NCBI GenBank assembly: GCA_025558095.1
Contig: JAIVFI010000003.1
Location: forward strand, 682,001 to 746,000
Reading direction: 5' to 3'
DNA from: Hyaloraphidium curvatum SAG 235-1
Taxonomy: Eukaryota; Fungi; Monoblepharomycota
Length of the DNA: 64,000 nucleotides
Shown here: piece after piece, positions 31,808 to 42,090 of the stretch
How positions within the stretch are numbered: position 1 is the first letter of the stretch
Layout: every line of letters starts with the position of its first letter
Program-made: the position numbers and the translations under genes
The notes under the pieces: generated by a model
What the model was told of the DNA's origin: nothing
What the model saw: only the letters and a program-made list of their open reading frames with translations
The model's database searches: none

Positions 31808-33133
31808 TCAGATGGTTTTCGCCATGTCCTTCTTCTTCTTCGTACGCGGGGGGGTGACGGGCCGGCCCGAGTTGATGCCTCCGTAGGCGTACTTTTGCTT
31901 CTTCTCCGCGGGTTTCAGGATCTGAAGTGCGCGTGGGAAAGGACGAGCATGAGAAGGCAGATAAGGATGCTTCGCCCGAAAAAGAACGCACCTGGAACGA
32001 GCACATGAGGGTTTCGTCCACGCTCATCATCGCTCCGGCATTGTCGAACTCTCCGCAGTAATTCGGCGCCGAGAAGAGCGTGACCAGCTGCCGTTTTGCA
32101 AAGAACTCGTAGCCGTCCTCCACGACTTGGTGCGCCCTGCAGATCAAGTCGAGGTCGTGCTTCTGCAGGAACCGGCTCACGACGTCCGGTCCGAACGTGA
32201 AGCTGACGCCGCGGTCGTTCTCGCTCCAGCCGGTGATGTCCTTATCCGGATCCGACCAGAGCAGGTCGCAAAGCAGGCCTGGCGGACGGTGATGTCGGGT
32301 CAGCCCCTCCCTGCACCGCGCGGACGGAGGGACCCACCAGTGTCGGGGACGTCCGTCGGGCGCATGACCTTCCGGATCTGGTCCATGTTCTGCAGGTCGG
32401 GGGAGAGCCCGCCGTGCATCGTGAAGATTTTCTCATCGATGATGGCGGCGATGGGCAGGCAGTTGAAGCAGTCCGTGAAGGTCTTCCAGAGCTTGATGTT
32501 GTATCTCCGCTTGCCTGCGCGCGAGCAAGGGTCAGCGCCGGACGGCGCAGCGGGGCATGGCAGCGCCGCGGACCCACATTCGTCGTAGAAGCCGTAGATG
32601 CGGTTGATGCTCGCGCACTCGTGGTTCCCGCGCAGAATGAAGAAGTTCTCGGGGTATTTGATTTTGTAGGCGAGGAGGAGGCAGATGGTCTCGAGCGACT
32701 GCTTGCCGCGGTCGACGTAGTCGCCGAGGAAGAGGTAGTTGGCCTCGGGCGGGAAGCCGCCGTACTCGAACAGCCGCAGCAGGTCGTAGTACTGGCCGTG
32801 GATGTCGCCTGCGGGGCGGCGGCGCCGGCACGCACGGCGGATCAGCGGCGGCGCGGGGCGGCGGCGGGCGTTCGCACCGCAAATCTTGATTGGGGCCTCG
32901 AGCTCGAGCAGGATGGGCTGGCCGATGAAGATGTCGCGCGACTTGGTGCACAGGTAGCGGATCTCGTGCTCGGCCAGCTGCACCTGCTTGCCGGGCCGCG
33001 AGCCGCGCACTGCGGGCGGGGCGGATGGCGGCGGCGGCGGTCAGCGGGGGCCGCGGCGGCGGCGCGCGCGCGCACCTTCGAGCAGCCGCTCGATGATGGA
33101 GTCGACGTCGACGTCCTGCGCGGTCGGCTCCAT
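31808..33133 (-). CDS. GLC7: Serine/threonine protein phosphatase PP1 catalytic subunit (Glc7/Dis2)
   Basis: [60 protein letters not shown] and C-terminal GRPVTPPR (CDK site). Confidence 0.98.
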
Positions 33134-33429
33134 GGCGGCGCGGGTCCGCGGGCCGCGGCGCAGGGGGCGGGGGAGGAGTGGGCCAACTGACGACCAGAGG
33201 GTCAAGGGACGCCGGGGGAGCCAGTCGAGAGGGACGGCGGCCGGCCCAACCAACGCAAAAAACAGCATCAATTCAAACGCTAAGAAGAAGATCGCCTTCG
33301 GGCCATGGACTGCTTGACCTTCTCACGCAGTCGCTGCTCTTCGGCCTCCGCGTCCGTCCCCTCCCGTCCCTTGCCGTCCCCATCCTGTGGGGGGCGGTCA
33401 GAAGCCGCCAGAAGCAGCAAGAAACATAG

Positions 33430-35219
33430 CTAGGCTACCCTGCGCGAAGATCGCGAGTCGGCCGACGAATCGCGAGCCCGCTTGCGGTCGCGCGGCGAGG
33501 ATGATCGGGACCGGCTCCTCGAGCGGCGGCGATCCCTCCCTTTCTCCCCATGCGTCTTCTGGTCGCGGCGTTCTTCCGCTCTCGATGTCGCGGAGGATTC
33601 GCTGCTGGATAGGCTGCGCCGGCGGGCGCCGCCGCCCTTCCCAGACTCCGAAGGCTTCTCCGGCCTCCTGTGGCCGCCAGCGGGGGAACCACGACTGCTC
33701 GAGCGATCCCGCTCCGCTTTTCGCCTGCCGCCCCTCTCCTTCGAATCCTCGCGTGGCCGGCGGCGCTCGTCCGAGCGGCTCCGTCGCCGCTCGCGGTCCC
33801 CCCTTTCGTACCGTCCGGACCCCTCGGCGTCCCGCGACCGGCCGCCGTAGCGGTCGCTCCCTCGATCGTCTCGGGAAGAACGCGAGTAGCGGACCTCTTC
33901 GCTGCGGCTTCGGTCCCTCCGCCGGCGGTCCCGGCTTCGGCTCCTCGAATGCCTCCGCCTGGCACGACGATGAAGTAGTGAGTTCAACCATTGACGATCT
34001 CTCGAAGCAGCTGAGCAGTACCTCCTCGAATCGTAGCCGCTCCGTCTCGGACTGCGCTCGCGGCTCGAGCTCCTGCTGCGGTGCCGGTACGAATCCCTCC
34101 GGCGATCCGACTCGCTGCTTGATGCCCTGCCGCGCCGCTGCATTTCCGGTTGCCGCGGCCTGCTTGCCTCGGGCCGCATTCGGCTTTCCCGATCCTGGGG
34201 TGCCCCGAATCAGCGACATCCCCTTCGGAGCGGCTTGTTTGACCCCACCGCCCTCTCCCGTTCCCTCGCTCGCTGCACCTGCATCTCCACGGCCCTGTCT
34301 CGGTCGCGGACTTCTCTTGCCTGCGCCGCCAGGCGCTGTTCATCGCGCTGGTGAGGGGGGTGAGTCACGGCTGTCGGGCGCAAATCGCCCCCACACACCT
34401 GCTCGGCCGCCATGTGCTGCTTCTTCTGCTCAATAAACTCCTTTGGCACGCCCTGAATTCCGTCCTGAGCACTCAGCAGTAGCTTCCAAAGCTCCTCCAC
34501 GAAAGGGCCGGCGGATTTCTCCAGGAACCCGGTCAGCTCGATCTGCATCTTCCGCGGGTCAGGACTCTGTTCAAGGAAAGCGGGATCAGCTTCATTCTCA
34601 TCGCCGAAGCCCGGAGTCGGTCCACCTCGTTTTCGAGCATGTTGAAGACAAATTCAATCACGACCTCGTCCTCGAAACCCAGCAGGTCCACGACCTTCCG
34701 CGTGATCCAGGGCTTGATGACCTTGAGCTGCACTTTGCTCATCTTGACCTGTCCGGAGAGTCCGGGAAAGGGGTGATATGAGCCGCCGCTCGTCCTCTGC
34801 GCGCCAGCTGTCTGGCTCAGGGAGGCCGGCCGAAGAGGGAGCTACGCCCTGCAGATGACCCTTGACGGTGCCTCCGCCATTAGTACGCCCCTGGCACGCT
34901 CTCCAGGCGGCTGTGATACCTGGCAGAGGCCCCTAGCCGGCCAGCAAGTTCCTCCCGTTCCCCGGTATCGCAGGCTTCGCGTGAACGACGCCATTTAGGA
35001 CCAGCTCCGCTCCACCTTTCCTCCGCTTCCCTTCACTGGATTCCATCCTACCTTTTGCGAGAAGACGGCTGGGAACTTCATGCTCTTGAGGAGCTTTTTC
35101 TGCAGCCCGGGAGCGACATGAGAGTCCGGCCGTCGCGATCGCGGGGACGGGGCCGGGCGCACCTCCTTGTCCGCGAATCGGCCATCTTGCTCGGCAGAAG
35201 CGCCCTTGAACGCGTCCAT
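33430..35219 (-). CDS. SRRM1: PWI-domain, RS-rich splicing coactivator (SRRM1/SRm160-like), multi-exon
   Basis: MDAFKGASAEQDGRFADK|KKLLKSMKF...|VKMSKVQLKVIKPWITRKVVDLLGFEDEVV, PDPRKMQIELTGFL, followed by a long RS/RD-rich C-terminus. Confidence 0.9.
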
Positions 35220-35316
35220 CGCCGTGCAGAGGAGGAGTGTGCGCTTCGACGGACGAGCGCGGCTCTCCGCCCTCGGCACTCATCACCCAGTTCCCCCCCC
35301 CTCCCCGTCGGCCACG

Positions 35317-36429
35317 ATGGGCAAGGCGAAAGCAGCGAAAAGGAGGCTCCTCCGGCGGAGCCAGTCCGACAGGGACCGGGAAGAGTCCTTCTTCGACAAG
35401 GGGAAGCAGCTCTCCAACCCACTGCGGGAGTACAGAGAGTTTCTCGGCGATGCGCGGAGCCGCGGCCTTCCGACCGGCGATGCGGCATTCCTCGGCCTTC
35501 CCCTCCTTCTGGTGGACCTCACCTCCCAGATCATTCTCGCGCTCATCAGCGGGGGCCAGCTGTCGCAGGGTGCCTTGGGCGCCCCCGAGCTGCCGGCCTC
35601 CCCGTCTTCGGATCCCACCGGAGCCATGACCTTCATCCGGAAGGTCCTACGCCGCGCCAAGATGGACGTCACGAGCCTCGTTTGTGCCATCCTCTTCACC
35701 CAACGCCTTCGCGACAAGGGGGCGACGCTCTCCGACGATCCCGGCGCCACCTTCCTCGCCGCGTTGATCGTCTCGGATAAATATCTGGCAGACGCCACCT
35801 ACACGAATGCGGACTGGGCCGAATTCAGCGAGCACCGGTACGAGTTGGAGGAACTCAATCGCCTGGAACGGGACCTGCTTGCCTCCCTGGACTACCGGCT
35901 CTCCATCACGGCCGAGGAGTACGACACGTTCCTGCACCAACTGGACACGCTGCTTTCGCTCCAGCAGATCAGCTGGGACTCGCTTTCGTACCGCGACCTT
36001 GTCACTCTCCTGCAGTACCCCACGGTGCTGGGTCGCCACATCCTTCTTCCGGCCCACATGCACGGCCTCCCCACCCTCGATGCCGTGATGCTGCTCCTCA
36101 AGACCCTCGGTGGCCTCGCTTCGACCTACCTTTCTGCCGTTCTGGTCACAGCTGCAGTGCTCAGTGCTTTCTCGCACAGCTCGCCGTCGCCTTCCGGGCC
36201 CATGAAAGAGCTGCTGCCGCTGATGCAGCTTTCCGATGCTGCCGCTATCATCCAAGAACCATACTTCGTGGCACTTCCGCCACAGTTCGGCCGTTACCAG
36301 AGCCGCATGCGCTCCAAGGTTGCCGTTGCACCGCTGGCGATGTCTTTACATCGCGCCTCGTGCAAGACGCATTTGCTTTGCCAATGGGACACAAATGGAA
36401 ATCGGACGAGGTTGCTGCATGTTGCCTAG
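35317..36429 (+). CDS. Pho80/Pcl-family cyclin with C-terminal hydrophobic segment (CNPPD1-like), apparently intronless
   Basis: Cyclin box (FIRKVLRRAKMDVTSLVCAILF...FLAALIVSDKYLADATYTNADWA...ELNRLERDLLASLDYRL), then SYRDLVTLL and a TM-like stretch LGGLASTYLSAVLVTAAVLSAF. Confidence 0.85.
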   Translation: MGKAKAAKRRLLRRSQSDRDREESFFDKGKQLSNPLREYREFLGDARSRGLPTGDAAFLGLPLLLVDLTSQIILALISGGQLSQGALGAPELPASPSSDPTGAMTFIRKVLRRAKMDVTSLVCAILFTQRLRDKGATLSDDPGATFLAALIVSDKYLADATYTNADWAEFSEHRYELEELNRLERDLLASLDYRLSITAEEYDTFLHQLDTLLSLQQISWDSLSYRDLVTLLQYPTVLGRHILLPAHMHGLPTLDAVMLLLKTLGGLASTYLSAVLVTAAVLSAFSHSSPSPSGPMKELLPLMQLSDAAAIIQEPYFVALPPQFGRYQSRMRSKVAVAPLAMSLHRASCKTHLLCQWDTNGNRTRLLHVA

Positions 36430-36477
36430 AAACTGTTGGCGTCTGCAATTTGAACTGTCTTTTGGCAAGCTTGTACT

Positions 36478-37665
36478 CTACAATGTCATCACGCTCGCGC
36501 CGTCAGAAGTTATCAGCACAGTGTGCTCGAATTGCGCGGATCGTCCACCGTCCTGTGACGCAACGGTCCATCCATCTGCCGTGATCGTGAGGCGGGGCCC
36601 GCTACCATGTGCGTATCGCGCTCACCCCCCCACTTTACCTCGGCATCGCTCCCTTGACAAAGCAGCGGTTCGATGGTGAACGTCATGCCCTCCTCCATGA
36701 CGCCATCATCTTCATTGTCTGATAGACTCTCTCAAGACACGGAAATTTGTGCAAAGCAACTAGGAATAGGACTCACAATGGTGATACACGAGGGGCAGCT
36801 CGTGAAAACTCCGGCCAATGCCGTGCCCACAATACGACTTGCTGACGGTGTATCCCTCTTTTCTGGCAAGGATCGATATTGTCTGCTACGTGTGAAGAAA
36901 CGAACAGCTTCGGGGCTAAAGACGAGGGTTTCGCACCTTGCCAATTAAACTAAAAGGCGTCCCAGGTCCGCACACCGCAATGGCTCGTCGCAGCGCTTCG
37001 TGAGTGACCTCCACGAGTCTGCGGCCCTCGGAATCTACGTCCCCGACCAGAAATGTCGCCGAAGTGTCGCCGTGAAAGCCGGAGTGGAACACTGTTACGT
37101 CCACGTTGATCAAGTCGCCGGACTCCAAGGGCCGGTCGTCCGGTATGCCGTGCACCATGACGTTCGACACGGAGGTGCATATTGAGTTCGGAAAGCCCAT
37201 GTACCCCAGCGGCGACGGATACCCTTTTCCGGCGATTATGGCGTCGTAAACGGCCGAATCTATCTCGTCCGTCGTGACCCCGGGTCTGATCATCTTCGAG
37301 GCCACCTGCAGAGCCTCGGCAGCCAAACGTGTCGCATTCCGCATGAGATCCACGTCCCGGGGGCTCTTAAGCTCCAAGGCGCCGCTCAACTCCGGGAGAC
37401 CGGTCCTGTTCCGCACGTAGTCTGGAACATCGATATGCACGGGGACCGGAGGGCGCGGGGTTGGCCTGAGCACCCTTCCCTTGGGCTCCACTACGAGCGG
37501 AAAGGCGCCGAAACGGCCCCGCGGGCTCGCGGGCGCTGTAGTTCGTCGTGGAAGGCGCACGGAGGCTCCGCTAGAGAACCTCGCCATCGAGCCCCGGATC
37601 CGCGGCGCAGGACCCAAAAATGCGCTTTGCAGTTCGCAAAAAAGTGTTCGATTCAAGCTCTGCAT
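36478..37665 (-). CDS. METAP1D: Methionine aminopeptidase type 1, mitochondrial (METAP1D-like), multi-exon
   Basis: Arg-rich presequence, YPSPLGYMGFPNSICTSV, HGIPD, NVDVTV, HGDTSATF, GHGIG, FTIEP, SAQFEHTVLIT; all metal ligands are present. Confidence 0.9.
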
Positions 37666-37814
37666 CGCTAATTCGGTGATTCGTGGCCCACGTCCGGGGA
37701 GCGTTTGTTTACGCGACGTCGGCGTGCCGGTGCCTCGAATCCTCGCCGCCTGTTTCCCCCCGTTCCTGCTGGGACCTCCCGAGCCGGGGCAGGCGTCTCG
37801 AAGCCAGAGCGAGG

Positions 37815-38765
37815 ATGCAACCTGCCAGACGCGGGGGCAACTGGCTGGGACTCCTCCTTTCCTTCGCCGCCGTTCAGCGCGCGGTGCATGTTTATGGAGC
37901 CGAATCGGTCTCCGTCACGACCTTCTTCGAAGGGGCCAGCTGTCGTAGCCCGATAAGTTCATCTGGACCAGCCGTGCCACTGCGAGGCACGGGCTTGAAC
38001 TGCTCCTCTCCGGAGCTCTCGCACAACGCCAGTCTGGGCAAATGCCTCGCCGCTCCTCTCCCGGGGCTGTCACGGACATCCACATGTGCGGCCGGGCCCC
38101 TCGTCGTGCCCCCGCAGGCCCGCAACAACACGATCTGGGCGACTGCCACCGTATTCGGCGACGCCGAATGCACACAACCGCTGTCGAACATCTCGTTCTC
38201 GCATTCCAACTCTCGCGGGAAGCATTGCGTTCCTCTGGGATCGCTCGCGGGAACGGGGCGGCAAACGCCGTACGCAACTTTTTTCTGCTACCCCGCACCG
38301 CATTACGAGCCGTTTCCACCGGGGTCGGGGATGGTGTTTTTGTACAACGACAGTTCCTGCCGGCACCTTGTCGCTGGGCAGGCCGGGCTGACCCTCCGCT
38401 ATTGGGACCTTTCCTCCCCGAATGACAGCGCGCCGCACTGCCAAGCGATCGATGGGCTCGGCGGTTTCAGCGGCTACTGCGGACTGGCTATGCGACGCGG
38501 CCGCCCGGACGGCGGAGGCGTCTTTCTCAACCCGGGCACTCTGATGGCAGCCAACACCACCGAGAACAATGGGACTTCCACTATGACCACTAGCACAACC
38601 CAATCTGCTACGACATCGACGGTTGCACGCCCCAGAGTGGCCTTTGCGACCTACGAGGTGCCTCGGACAACACCGGTCGAATCTGCCGGGGTGCAGCGTC
38701 GAGCTTCCTTCGGGTTGATAAATGCAATGCTTGTAGCGTCGTCGCTCGTTGGCTTTATCGCATAG
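37815..38765 (+). CDS. Putative secreted, Cys-rich, GPI-anchored surface protein
   Basis: N-terminal hydrophobic signal (WLGLLLSFAAV), repeated [FY]xxxxC motifs, a Thr/Ser-rich stalk, and SAG followed by a hydrophobic C-terminus (FGLINAMLVASSLVGFIA*). Confidence 0.7.
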   Translation: MQPARRGGNWLGLLLSFAAVQRAVHVYGAESVSVTTFFEGASCRSPISSSGPAVPLRGTGLNCSSPELSHNASLGKCLAAPLPGLSRTSTCAAGPLVVPPQARNNTIWATATVFGDAECTQPLSNISFSHSNSRGKHCVPLGSLAGTGRQTPYATFFCYPAPHYEPFPPGSGMVFLYNDSSCRHLVAGQAGLTLRYWDLSSPNDSAPHCQAIDGLGGFSGYCGLAMRRGRPDGGGVFLNPGTLMAANTTENNGTSTMTTSTTQSATTSTVARPRVAFATYEVPRTTPVESAGVQRRASFGLINAMLVASSLVGFIA

Positions 38766-38845
38766 ATCGATACTGTGCAGGAGTATAGGACGGGCGGAGC
38801 TCGGTCAAAGTGGACGGCCGTCCCACAACTCCCCATTCCCCCACG

Positions 38846-40493
38846 ATGGTGACCTGGCCGGCTCGGCTCGTGTCGTCGCGTCTTTCTCACCGTCTCATAT
38901 CCCGTCGCGGCCTCTCCACGGCGCGTCGTCTCAAACAGGGTATCCACGGGCTCTCGAAGGTCATTGGCGACCACGCCCCGAATGCCATCAAGACCAACGA
39001 AATCAAGAACTACTTCGGCCGCAAGGTCGCCATCGATGCGTCTATGTCGATTTATCAGTTCATGATTGCCGTGCGGGGTCAGGACGGGATGCAGCTGACC
39101 AACGAGGCGGGGGAGACGACGAGGTCGGCACGCCGACCCGAGGCCAGGATCTTTCGAAGCGCTGACTTTTCCGGTCTCCGAACACCATTTCCAGCCATCT
39201 GATGGGGATTTTCTACCGCACGATCCGCATGGTCGACAACGGCCTCAAACCGGCTTACGTGTTCGACGGCAAGCCGCCGACGCTCAAGAGCGGGGAGGTG
39301 CGGACGACTTTCGCCATTTGGCGTAAATGTCTTCTCATTGACTCCGTTCCAGCTCGCCAAGCGCGCGGAGAAGCGCGAGGAGGCGCAGAAGACGGCCGAT
39401 GCCGCTGCCGAAACCGGGGAGACCGAGAACTTTGACAAGTTCAGCAGGCGGACCGTGAAGGTCACCAAGCAGCACAACGACGAGTGCAAACGATTGCTCA
39501 AGCTGATGGGGATACCGTATGTCGAGGTGGGATTGCGCGATGGAAGTGGACGGACGTGGACCAAACTCAAAGGTCTCGCAGGCACCTTGCGAAGCCGAAG
39601 CCCAGTGTGCGGCCCTCTGCAAAGCTGGACACGTGTACGCGGCAGGATCTGAGGACATGGACACCTTGACGTTCGGGACGCCCGTTCTGCTGCGGCACCT
39701 CACGTTCAGCGAAGCGCGGAAGGAGCCCATCAACGAGCTGTACCTTGACCGGACGCTGGAGGGCCTGGGTTTCACCATGGACCAAGTGCGTGGCACGTTT
39801 TCCGCCCAATTTTGTCTCTTGGTGCTCACCACCCGGCGACACAGTTCATCGACATGTGCATTCTGCTCGGATGCGACTACTGCGACTCGATCAAGGGCAT
39901 TGGCCCGAAGCGCGCATTCGAGCTCGTTCAGGAGCATAAGAGCATCGAGAACATCCTCAAGAAGCTGGATCCGAAGAAATACCCCATTCCCGAGGACTGG
40001 CCGTACAAGGAGGCCAGGGAGCTCTTCCGGAACCCGGAGGTGCTGGACCCCTCCACAGTCGACGTTGGTGCCAAGCAGAGTTCCGCTCTTCGTTCATCAT
40101 TGACCTAAGGCCTTGCAGCTCAAGTGGACGGATCCTGACGAGGAGGGAATCGTCGATTTCCTCGTGAAGGAAAAGGGATTCAAGTGGGTAATGGAGGCGG
40201 CTTGGTGGAGTTCTGGCTCTTACGCCCGTACAGCGAGGATCGGATCCGAAAGGCGGTCAAGAACCTGGCCAGCAAGAGGGGTGTGGCTCAGCAGGGGAGG
40301 ATGGACAGCTTCTTCAAGCCCGTCCCCAAAGATCCGAGCGCGACCCCTCCGAAGCGCAAGGTGCGTCTTTGACGCTAGGGGTGCTCGAGAAACTCACCCC
40401 TTCCTCCAGGCTGAGGACCCGAAGGCTGGCGCGGCGAAGAAGGGCAAGGGTGCCGCAAAACCCGGGAAGGCCGGAGGCGCGAAGAAGAAGTGA
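38846..40493 (+). CDS. FEN1: Flap endonuclease 1 (Rad27), multi-exon
   Basis: M|[64 protein letters not shown] box QGRMDSFF. Confidence 0.98.
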
Positions 40494-40535
40494 TTTCATT
40501 TCGGACCGATACCCATGAGGCACCATGTACATTCT

Positions 40536-41026
40536 TCATTTTCCACCTTCATTGTTGCCATCTCCATCGCTGTGCAAAAGGTCCTTCCTCGCCAGGGCCG
40601 CGATCGTTTCTCCCATGGCAGCGTGCTGTTTCTGGAGGTCCGCGATTAACGAATCCATCGACGATTTCTCCTCCAAGCGCTCGATCTTCTTTGCGGCGTC
40701 GTGCAGAACGTCCGCGATGGCCTTGTACGGTCCTTTGGCCGCGGCTTTCGCGCCTCCCTCTTCGTCTTTGCCAAGTGCGACCTCTGCAGCAGTCTTTCCG
40801 ACCGTCTCCGCCGCCTGCGCGTTAAAGTCACTTTTTTGCCCTAGAGATGCGTCAAGAGAAGGAAGCGCACTTTGCTGGTAGCGGCCGTCGCTCCCGAAAC
40901 GGCGAGGCCGGTCAGAATGCTTCCGATGAGGCGTTTGGAGGGCTCTAGGCTATCGGTGGGACAGGCCGCGATGCGGGCGCTCCGCAGGGATCGACAGGCA
41001 CTGCGAGAGATGGTAGACGTGAGCAT
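40536..41026 (-). CDS. Hypothetical ~145-aa protein with mitochondrial-presequence-like N-terminus and coiled coil, 2 exons
   Basis: MLTSTISRSACRSLRSARIAA...LIGSILTGLAVSGATAATSK | AAETVGKT...AKKIERLEEK...EGGK*, joined by an in-frame GT-AG intron at ~40816-40870. Confidence 0.55.
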
Positions 41027-41108
41027 GTCTTCGCTTGACGAAGACACGTCAGCGCTTGTCGAATGGCGATCGATGCAGGCCAGCCGTGGTCGGACGCAAA
41101 CATACGAC

Positions 41109-42075
41109 ATGTCGCGCGATGACAGCCTCCTCGAGCTTCTAGACCTCATAGACAATTACCAAGATCTGCAGAAGCAATGTTTTGCGGACCTTGCTAAGGT
41201 GCGATGGCCTGTGCCCTGCCGGCAGGGCGCGATTCACCGGCCGCTCGGTTGCCAGGCCTATTTCGACCTAGCCAAGGCAAAATACATCATGGGACCCAGC
41301 AAGCTGTCTCATTTCAACTTTGATCAGCGCATGAAGGCGATTGCCAAAGTGTACGTCGCGTCGGGGCAGCCGTGGGAGCCGGAGGAACCAACAGTCGCAG
41401 CAGCTCCCCGGAGGCGAGCAAGTCGGCGGCAGACAACGAAACTGGCCTGGAAGAGGCGTTCTCGAAGCTGACTTTGGAAAGGATTTCAACCATCAAGTCA
41501 TCGCGGAGGTCAGAACCAGCACCCGGGGGCCCGGGGGCAACGGAGGAGGATGTGGCTGTTGTCGGGACTGCGCTCGAGGGCGAGGGGACAACGAACCTGC
41601 GGAGGCGTCGCAAGGGCCCCCCTCAGGATGAAGAGCAGCCGTCAGAGAAGGACTCCTCATCTTCTGGGGCGCGGGAAGGCGCAAGCGGAGGTTCCGAAGA
41701 TAAGGACGTAAACGGGGCCGCGGATGCCGCGTCGGACAGAAAGCCCGCAACGCGGGAAAACGTCGTCTCGGAGACCGTCACCGTGGATGAGGGCCTGCGA
41801 GATCCTATCAAGTGGTTCGGCATCCTCGTTCCTCCGGCTCTCCGATCGGCACAAAGCAACTTCCAGAAAGGTGGCGCGTGTCTTTCTTTGAACAACCACC
41901 CGTTCCTAATTCGTCGCGACAACCAGCGCTGGAGAAGCTCGTCGTTCTTGCCAACATGGCGCAGGAGCTGCGTGGTCTCGCGGACTCTTGCCAAGAAGGC
42001 GACGACAACGGTCGGCAACAGGAGCTCGAACGACTAGAAGCCAAGGGAACCCTGGCGAACGGCCATGAGAAATGA
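41109..42075 (+). CDS. VMA22: V-ATPase assembly factor Vma22/CCDC115, multi-exon
   Basis: LLELLDLIDNYQDLQ, AYFDLAKAKYIMG, and DPIKWFGILVPPALRSAQSNF (CCDC115 signature). Confidence 0.9.
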
Positions 42076-42090
42076 GAATTCCATTTCGTT

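Noticed and set aside
34749-35051. Intronic snoRNA as the explanation for the long SRRM1 intron (and the VTS1 intron)
   Set aside because: I found no convincing C box (RUGAUGA) paired with a D box and no clear H/ACA architecture by eye; this is not excluded without an Rfam or snoRNA scan.
36421-36433. RFX X-box-like GTTGCCTAGAAAC
   Set aside because: It overlaps the cyclin stop codon in a convergent spacer rather than a promoter, so it is probably chance.
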